NCBI GenBank assembly: GCA_943356415.1
Contig: CALREW010000001.1
Location: 149,252-213,251, forward strand
DNA from: Candidatus Nomurabacteria bacterium
GTDB lineage: Bacteria; Patescibacteriota; Minisyncoccia; Phycocordibacterales; SBAW01
Length of the DNA: 64,000 nucleotides
Reading direction: 5' to 3'
Below, in pieces: positions 58,321-64,000 of the stretch. Numbering within the stretch: position 1 is the first letter of the stretch; each line of letters begins with the position of its first letter. The translations under genes and the position numbers were made by a program. Below the pieces are notes generated by a model. It ran no database searches. It worked only from the letters and a program-made list of their open reading frames with translations, and was not told the origin of the DNA.

Positions 58321-60030
58321 TTAGACCTCTTCGGGCCTGTATTTTACCGCGCGCACTTCTTCTTCCTTTGGACTTTGGTACGCGACCGTAAAATCAAGTT
58401 TCCCATCTCTTTCGACTACAGAAACACTCGCTGTTCCAGCAACATCGTTTGGGGCTATGACCATTATGCCCAAGCTATCACGCATACGTTCTGCAATACC
58501 TCCTGCTTGGCCCGTTGAACATGAATCAAGAATCAATGTCGCGTCTTTTGAAAAAAAGTCTTTGGCGCGCCTATGTCCAGGCCCTGCTAAATGTTCACTG
58601 GTAAGTGAACCAAATTGCGAAAACTCAATGTTGTCTGGCGCTCCGTGCCCACCGAGGATTGCAAAATCTATTTTGTGCTCATACGCCTTACCGAGATGCA
58701 GTAAGTGGCGCGCAACATCGCGCGACGAAGCAACTTCAAATATTTTGACGCCGTGATGGGCTTTCACGCTCTCAAACAATGCTTTAAATTCGGTTCTTTC
58801 ATTGTCAAAAGCAGCAATTTCTTCAGCGTTGTCAGCATATGGAAACATGATGACCCCGTAAGGGCGATCTACCTTTTCTTCTTGCAGCTGTGAAAGCAGC
58901 ATTTCTTCCGGATATCGGTAGAACTCACGTATTCCGTAATCCTTAAAGAGGCGTTTGACCGAACCTGGCGTAGATTTTTCAAGGGAACTACACGCCTCAA
59001 AAAATTTATACAGTGCGATTTCTTTATATCCTTTAGGATTTCTGTTTAGGTCAAACATTTCGCGCAACGATACGCCGTACGTTTGTGCAAAGGTTTCGCC
59101 GTACTTCTCGAATCCATATTCGGCTGCCTTCGGTCCCGACAGAAGCAAGTGTTGAAATAGAAGTGAGTCAGAAATGCCGCCAAGCGATTCAACAAATTGT
59201 GTCCTGGTTTTGTCTTTTTCTGGCAGTGCAAACAAGAAGCGCGTCACGCCATGACCCTCCTCTACTATTCTCTGAGCTGCATCATGATCCATCGAGGGAA
59301 CGATTTGCTGAAGTGCAGAGAGAATCTTTGTTTCTCGACCCTTAGGCAAGGGCATGTGCTCAAACGCAGGTTCCGCAAGCAGTCGATCGATAAGTTTGAC
59401 GTACGTCCATCGCACTTTCTCTGCATCATCTTCAGACTTCCCAAGAGTCGACAGTGACTCCATATTTTCAAAGACGGCACCGGCAAGCGCTGCGCGTAAC
59501 TGAGGTAATCGTTTGGTCGCCAACAGTGACCTGTAGAGGTTCGAGAGTTTTGGAATCAAAACGTTATGATCCTCTGCGCGCTTCAATGCATACGAAAGAT
59601 TGCCGAGATGTATGGCTTTTGCCAACTCCTCGTCTTTTGGAGACTCCGCAAATGTCATCTGCGCCGCACCTTCAACGTGAAGTACTTCTACTCCCTGTCT
59701 AAAGAGACGGTCCATTGGTCCATACACGGTTTCTTGAAGAAGTGTTTCTTCATCTCGAGGTGCCACAATTTCTTTTTGTGCAAGCAACTCAGTCGCTCCT
59801 TCGCGCAACGTATCCTTCGCAGCTGCAATGTCCTGCTCACGTCTCTCGGCACGCGCCGGTACAAAAAAGCGTTTCGCCGCATGCAACACTCCCTTCTCTT
59901 CGCGCGTCAGTGCGTCGCGTTCTCGACGTCCAGCACGCAACTGTGCTGCCCACTGATCGCGGTGCTCCTGTACTCGTGGATCAACGAGGCCGGGTTTCTT
60001 TGGCCCGCGGTTTGGACCTTCCATATTCAT
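58321..60030 (-). CDS. Hypothetical protein with possible C-terminal clan CD protease-like domain
   Basis: 569 aa; FAILGGHG and LILDSCSTG motifs. Confidence 0.75.
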   Translation of the reverse strand: MNMEGPNRGPKKPGLVDPRVQEHRDQWAAQLRAGRRERDALTREEKGVLHAAKRFFVPARAERREQDIAAAKDTLREGATELLAQKEIVAPRDEETLLQETVYGPMDRLFRQGVEVLHVEGAAQMTFAESPKDEELAKAIHLGNLSYALKRAEDHNVLIPKLSNLYRSLLATKRLPQLRAALAGAVFENMESLSTLGKSEDDAEKVRWTYVKLIDRLLAEPAFEHMPLPKGRETKILSALQQIVPSMDHDAAQRIVEEGHGVTRFLFALPEKDKTRTQFVESLGGISDSLLFQHLLLSGPKAAEYGFEKYGETFAQTYGVSLREMFDLNRNPKGYKEIALYKFFEACSSLEKSTPGSVKRLFKDYGIREFYRYPEEMLLSQLQEEKVDRPYGVIMFPYADNAEEIAAFDNERTEFKALFESVKAHHGVKIFEVASSRDVARHLLHLGKAYEHKIDFAILGGHGAPDNIEFSQFGSLTSEHLAGPGHRRAKDFFSKDATLILDSCSTGQAGGIAERMRDSLGIMVIAPNDVAGTASVSVVERDGKLDFTVAYQSPKEEEVRAVKYRPEEV

Positions 60031-60188
60031 ATAAGGATTCTACCTTGCCGTACCGAGGAGTCACTTGTACCCACAGTAACCCTTTTAGGACTGAAAATGA
60101 AAAATAGATTCTCTGTAGGTTTTCCAAAAGAAAAGCCCCCGCCTTGCAGCGGGGACTTCACCACCAGGCCGGAGCCTGGATTTAGATA

Positions 60189-61034
60189 TCAGTTGCGGAG
60201 CGTGGTCCGCAGGTCCTCCATGTGGGCCAGATAGCCCCTCAGCAGAGCGTCGCCCTGCTGGCCGCGACCGGCGTCCTCGTGACGACGGTCGGCAAACTGG
60301 AGGGTCTCCGGCCGCGTGCCGAGCTTCTTGGCCGCATCCTGCAGGACGACCTTGGCGGCGCCCATGGCGTCCCACTTGGCGCCTTCCGTGCCGTCCTTCG
60401 CGAGGTAGGCCGCATGCCAGAGAGCCTGGCTCGAGCGCAGCCCGAGAACGGCGGTGCGGATGCCGTCCTTGTCGTCGAGGTAGGCCTGGGTCGCGGTGAT
60501 GCGCCGGTCGAGATGCGCCATGAAGCGCGCACGCTCGTCGGAGTTCATCTCGCGCACCGTCTTGATGACGGTGAGCTTGTGCTTGTCGTAGAAGGCCTTG
60601 AGGCCCTCGGGCGTCGACAGCACGGATTTGCCCAACGCCAGGGTGACCTTGCGCCAGTTGTAGATGGCCTCGGAGTCCTCCTTCGTGATCCGCGCCTCCT
60701 CGAGGTCGTAGGAGCGCGAGAAGGTGAAGGACGCGTAGAGGACATTGTAGAACTGTCGGTCCTCGTTGACGGCCAGCAGCGGCTGCAGTTGGTCGCGGTA
60801 GAACGCCTGCCGCTCCATGCCACCGCGATCCTCGTAGACCCGCTGGTCCACCGAGGCCATCACCATGCTCGCCACCGTCTTGTTGGTGACGAAGCTGAGG
60901 GCGACACTCGTGGCGACCTGGTCGGTGACGGCCTTGATCTTGGCGCTGATCGTCGGCGACTGCGCGACCACCACGCTGGTGGCCGCCAGAGTCATCAGCG
61001 CTGCGCCAACGATGGCGCGACCGATATTGTTCAT
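60189..61034 (-). CDS. Secreted helical hypothetical protein (solo unit)
   Basis: TTGACA-18-TATAAT; GGGAG SD; ATG 61034; signal peptide; hairpin at 60132-60158. Confidence 0.82.
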   Translation of the reverse strand: MNNIGRAIVGAALMTLAATSVVVAQSPTISAKIKAVTDQVATSVALSFVTNKTVASMVMASVDQRVYEDRGGMERQAFYRDQLQPLLAVNEDRQFYNVLYASFTFSRSYDLEEARITKEDSEAIYNWRKVTLALGKSVLSTPEGLKAFYDKHKLTVIKTVREMNSDERARFMAHLDRRITATQAYLDDKDGIRTAVLGLRSSQALWHAAYLAKDGTEGAKWDAMGAAKVVLQDAAKKLGTRPETLQFADRRHEDAGRGQQGDALLRGYLAHMEDLRTTLRN

Positions 61035-61188
61035 AGACTTTTGCTCCCGCCGGCAGTGCCGGTCTTCTAGACATGGAAGTGCCAAACAACAACTCATAGC
61101 ACCTGTAACATTATACTATACTTATAGTAATATTGTCAATAGCCTCCAAACCTTCTGGTTAAGGCCTGTATGGGCTACGCTGGTGGGT

Positions 61189-62499
61189 ATGCAGCCAACC
61201 CTCAATTTCCGCGTTAAAGGCGGGCGCAAACTTACCGGTGAAATAACCGTTAATTCTTCAAAGAATGGCGCAGTGGGCCTTTTGTGCGCAAGCCTTCTAA
61301 ACCGCGGTACGACCGTACTCAAAAACATGCCTCGCATAGAGGAAGTACACCGCATCATCGAGGTTTTGCGTTCCATCGGTGTTGAGGCAACGTGGAATGA
61401 CCATACACTCACATTGGTACCCCCAAAAACGTTTTCGATGCAAAAAATGGATATTGAGGCTGCCGAAAAAACACGGAGCATCTTGATGTTTGTCGGCTCG
61501 CTTATCCATTCCCTGCCTTCAATGCGCATACCGCAAGCAGGTGGATGCAAGCTTGGCAGCCGCACTGTGCGTCCACATAAGTACGCACTTAAACAATTCG
61601 GTGTTGTTATCGCCTCCGGTGGAGATGCGTGGAAAGTCTCGCACACGAAACTGCATGCTGCAGATATTCTTATGTATGAGTCCGGCGACACCGCGACCAT
61701 CAACGCCATACTTGCAGCTGCAGGCATCGCAGGTCAAAGCACTATCAAATACGCATCAGCAAACTACCAGGTGCAAGATGTTTGCCAGTACCTCGTGAGC
61801 CTCGGCGTAAAGATAGATGGCATTGGTACGACGACGCTTACGATTCGTGGCAAGGCGGGTATAAAGAAAAACGTATCGTTCGAATTGTCAGAGGACCCGA
61901 CCGACGCTATGTTTTTCCTTGCCGCTGCGATAGTCACCCGCTCATCGATTGTCATCAAACGCATTCCCATAGATTTCCTTGAACTCGAGCTCTACAAGCT
62001 CGAGTTGATGGGTTTTACCTACGACGTGCTACGCAAGTACAAAGGTCGCAATGGGTACGTGAATCTTGTCGATATTCGCACACATGCATCATCCCTTGTT
62101 GGGTCGCCTGAAAAAATCTACGGACGCCCCTATCCGGGACTTAATATCGACAACCTTCCGTTCTTTGCAGTTATCGCAACACAGGCAAAAGGCACAACGC
62201 TTATCCATGACTGGGCCTATGAAGGCCGCGCGCTCTATTTCACCGAGATGAACAAACTTGGCGCCAAAGCCATGCTTGCTGATCCTCACCGCGTGTTTGT
62301 TGAAGGAAAAACTCCACTTAAAGCCGCGGATCTCACGTGCCCGCCAGCACTTCGTCCCGCCGCCATACTTCTTATTGCCATGCTTGCTGCAAAAGGCATT
62401 TCGACGCTCCGCAATATTTACAGCATCAATCGTGGGTATGAAGGTCTCGCGGAGAAACTCCAATCGCTGGGCGCTTCAGTAGAGGTATTTGAGGGGTGA
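61189..62499 (+). CDS. murA: UDP-N-acetylglucosamine 1-carboxyvinyltransferase
   Basis: SSKN, GGCKLGSR, PYPG, INRGYE; ATG at 61189. Confidence 0.93.
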   Translation: MQPTLNFRVKGGRKLTGEITVNSSKNGAVGLLCASLLNRGTTVLKNMPRIEEVHRIIEVLRSIGVEATWNDHTLTLVPPKTFSMQKMDIEAAEKTRSILMFVGSLIHSLPSMRIPQAGGCKLGSRTVRPHKYALKQFGVVIASGGDAWKVSHTKLHAADILMYESGDTATINAILAAAGIAGQSTIKYASANYQVQDVCQYLVSLGVKIDGIGTTTLTIRGKAGIKKNVSFELSEDPTDAMFFLAAAIVTRSSIVIKRIPIDFLELELYKLELMGFTYDVLRKYKGRNGYVNLVDIRTHASSLVGSPEKIYGRPYPGLNIDNLPFFAVIATQAKGTTLIHDWAYEGRALYFTEMNKLGAKAMLADPHRVFVEGKTPLKAADLTCPPALRPAAILLIAMLAAKGISTLRNIYSINRGYEGLAEKLQSLGASVEVFEG

Positions 62500-62623
62500 C
62501 GCAGACGAAGATGAAGATACAGAGGACTTCCTGTACTGCCGATATATTTGACATTATATTTTATTTATAGTATAGTTAGTTCGACACCGTCCTTTTTTAA
62601 TTCGCGCAACAAGGGGGCATCCT

Positions 62624-63097
62624 ATGCGCACGCGAAACGTAAATATCCTGGCCTGGGGGCTTGGTCTGATCGTGGGTGGCATCGTCCTCTACGCCGGACT
62701 CGCGGGCTTCGGCTTCTTCGATGGGAGCTGGGCGCCAAGCCGAGCGTCGGCTAACAAGAACCCCATCGACGAGGTTTACCACCTCGTCGTCGCACAGCAA
62801 TTGCCGCCGGGCCCTGGGCCAAACACGACCCGCATCGTCAGCGCCAGCGGGACGTACGTACTTGGTGCTACGGCACCCAATACGTTCAGCGTCTCGCGTG
62901 AGGGGTCACCGAGGCTCGGTGTCGTGATGCAGAAGCTGGGCGACGTCTGGAATTCGACCAGCGTTACCGGTTTTGAAACCACGCTGAACCGGGATTCCGG
63001 GCGAGCGCGTATCCTCGACCCGCAGAAGCTGCAGGATTTCATCAACACGGCAATCAACGCCGCGTTGGCCTGCAGTCACAGGAAGAACATGTGCTGA
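62624..63097 (+). CDS. Membrane-anchored hypothetical protein (solo unit)
   Basis: TTGACA-17-TATAGT; AAGGGGG SD; N-terminal TM; C-terminal CX6C. Confidence 0.8.
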   Translation: MRTRNVNILAWGLGLIVGGIVLYAGLAGFGFFDGSWAPSRASANKNPIDEVYHLVVAQQLPPGPGPNTTRIVSASGTYVLGATAPNTFSVSREGSPRLGVVMQKLGDVWNSTSVTGFETTLNRDSGRARILDPQKLQDFINTAINAALACSHRKNMC

Positions 63098-63146
63098 CCT
63101 CGGTCACCACGCAGCGAGCGCCCCTCACCGGGCGCTCGTTTTGCGT
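63091..63146 (+). repeat. 56-bp gene-tail direct repeat, copy 1
   Basis: 55/56 identical to 63785-63840; includes the last Cys codon, stop and hairpins. Confidence 0.95.
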
Positions 63147-63266
63147 CTGGCTACGGCAATTTTGAAAGTAGAAAGAGCGTAATTGACAGATAGTACTTTT
63201 TCGTATCATAATACTTACGTACGCTCGTTGAGTTCCCTTTCCTCAGTTCAATCCTGGAGACACGCC

Positions 63267-63791
63267 ATGTCGTGGTTTATCCGCCTCTTCGTCCCAGTCC
63301 TTCTCCTTCTCGCGCTCGGCGCGTGCGACAACGGCAACAAGAAGGCCAAATCCCCGCCTCCCCCGGCACCGACGGAGCTCGACCTGGCAGCCAACCAGGT
63401 CCTGGACCTCTTCCTCTCGGGCAAGCTGCCCATGGGGAATGATGCCTTCGGCGCCCCTGCGGCCGTCTTCGGCAAGCACACGGTGCCGGCGGTGCCCTCG
63501 ATTAACGCGCCGGCGTACACCATGGAGTACACCATCACGATGGACTCCATCGATAAGTGGACGAGCCTGAAGATCGCTGTCCGCTACAGCAATGGCGCGG
63601 GCAGCTACGTCGGCATCTCTCGGCTTAACACCGAGACGAAGTGGGCCATCAATGGTGTCGGCAACATGCCGTGGACATCCGGGGCCAACTGGAACGAGCC
63701 GGGCAGCGTGGACTATCCACGCTACAAAGAATTCCTGATGAAGGCCTTCGACGCCGCCCGCTCCTGCGGCTACAACAAGACCCAGTGCTGA
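63267..63791 (+). CDS. Putative lipoprotein (solo unit)
   Basis: TTGACA-18-CATAAT; GGAG SD; lipobox LGAC; Pro linker; C-terminal CX6C. Confidence 0.82.
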   Translation: MSWFIRLFVPVLLLLALGACDNGNKKAKSPPPPAPTELDLAANQVLDLFLSGKLPMGNDAFGAPAAVFGKHTVPAVPSINAPAYTMEYTITMDSIDKWTSLKIAVRYSNGAGSYVGISRLNTETKWAINGVGNMPWTSGANWNEPGSVDYPRYKEFLMKAFDAARSCGYNKTQC

Positions 63792-63840
63792 CCTCGGTCA
63801 CCACGCAGCGGGCGCCCCTCACCGGGCGCTCGTTTTGCGT
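63785..63840 (+). repeat. 56-bp gene-tail direct repeat, copy 2
   Basis: GTGCTGACCTCGGTCACCACGCAGCGGGCGCCCCTCACCGGGCGCTCGTTTTGCGT. Confidence 0.95.
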
Positions 63841-63891
63841 TTAGATATGCACCGTTCGACAAACATGGCTGTATTCGTATAATGTGGCGGC

Positions 63892-64000
63892 TATGGGTAT
63901 CTTTTCCCGCAAAAACATCCTCCTTATCGGGGCTCTCGTGGTTTTCACCGTCGGCGCTTTTACGCTGGTAAAACTCTACGAGCTTGGGTACCGCTTTACG
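63892..64000 (+). CDS. Partial membrane protein, runs off the window
   Basis: TATAAT 9 nt before ATG; MGIFSRKNILLIGALVVF... Confidence 0.6.

Noticed and set aside
60865-61188. Apparent N-terminal extension of MurA
   Set aside because: It overlaps the divergent gene and its promoter; ATG 61189 has a -10 box 7 nt upstream.
63091-63840. Classical integron attC sites or a CRISPR array
   Set aside because: No RYYYAAC/GTTRRRY ends, no intI or cas gene, only two copies about 640 bp apart, and the genes carry their own promoters.

Overview
Chromosomal segment of a small-genome bacterium. Gene content and order (class I LysRS, compact GltX, two mreB, split dcw genes, mraZ-rsmH-ftsL-ftsI-murF) suggest Patescibacteria/CPR, probably Parcubacteria; this is an inference. 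The backbone is about 45 housekeeping genes for cell wall/division, translation and replication/repair, plus tRNA-Pro(GGG) and tRNA-Glu(CTC). Many backbone genes look leaderless, with a TANNNT box 6-10 nt before the start codon and no Shine-Dalgarno. About 14 self-contained single-gene units are interspersed every few kb. They have strongly C/G-ending codons, an SD and a GC-rich terminator, and most also have a -35/-10 promoter and leader. Two terminator tails are repeated near-identically: a 56-bp direct repeat and a 46-bp perfect inverted repeat. No integrase or transposase is visible. Other unexplained structure: two candidate structured ncRNAs (about 26.2-26.6 kb and 12.3-12.7 kb), mirrored tRNA-3'-end elements behind both tRNAs, three ~120-bp palindromic elements, and a four-helix-bundle gene bracketed by inverted 7-mer arrays. 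All calls are by-eye motif recognition; no searches were run.
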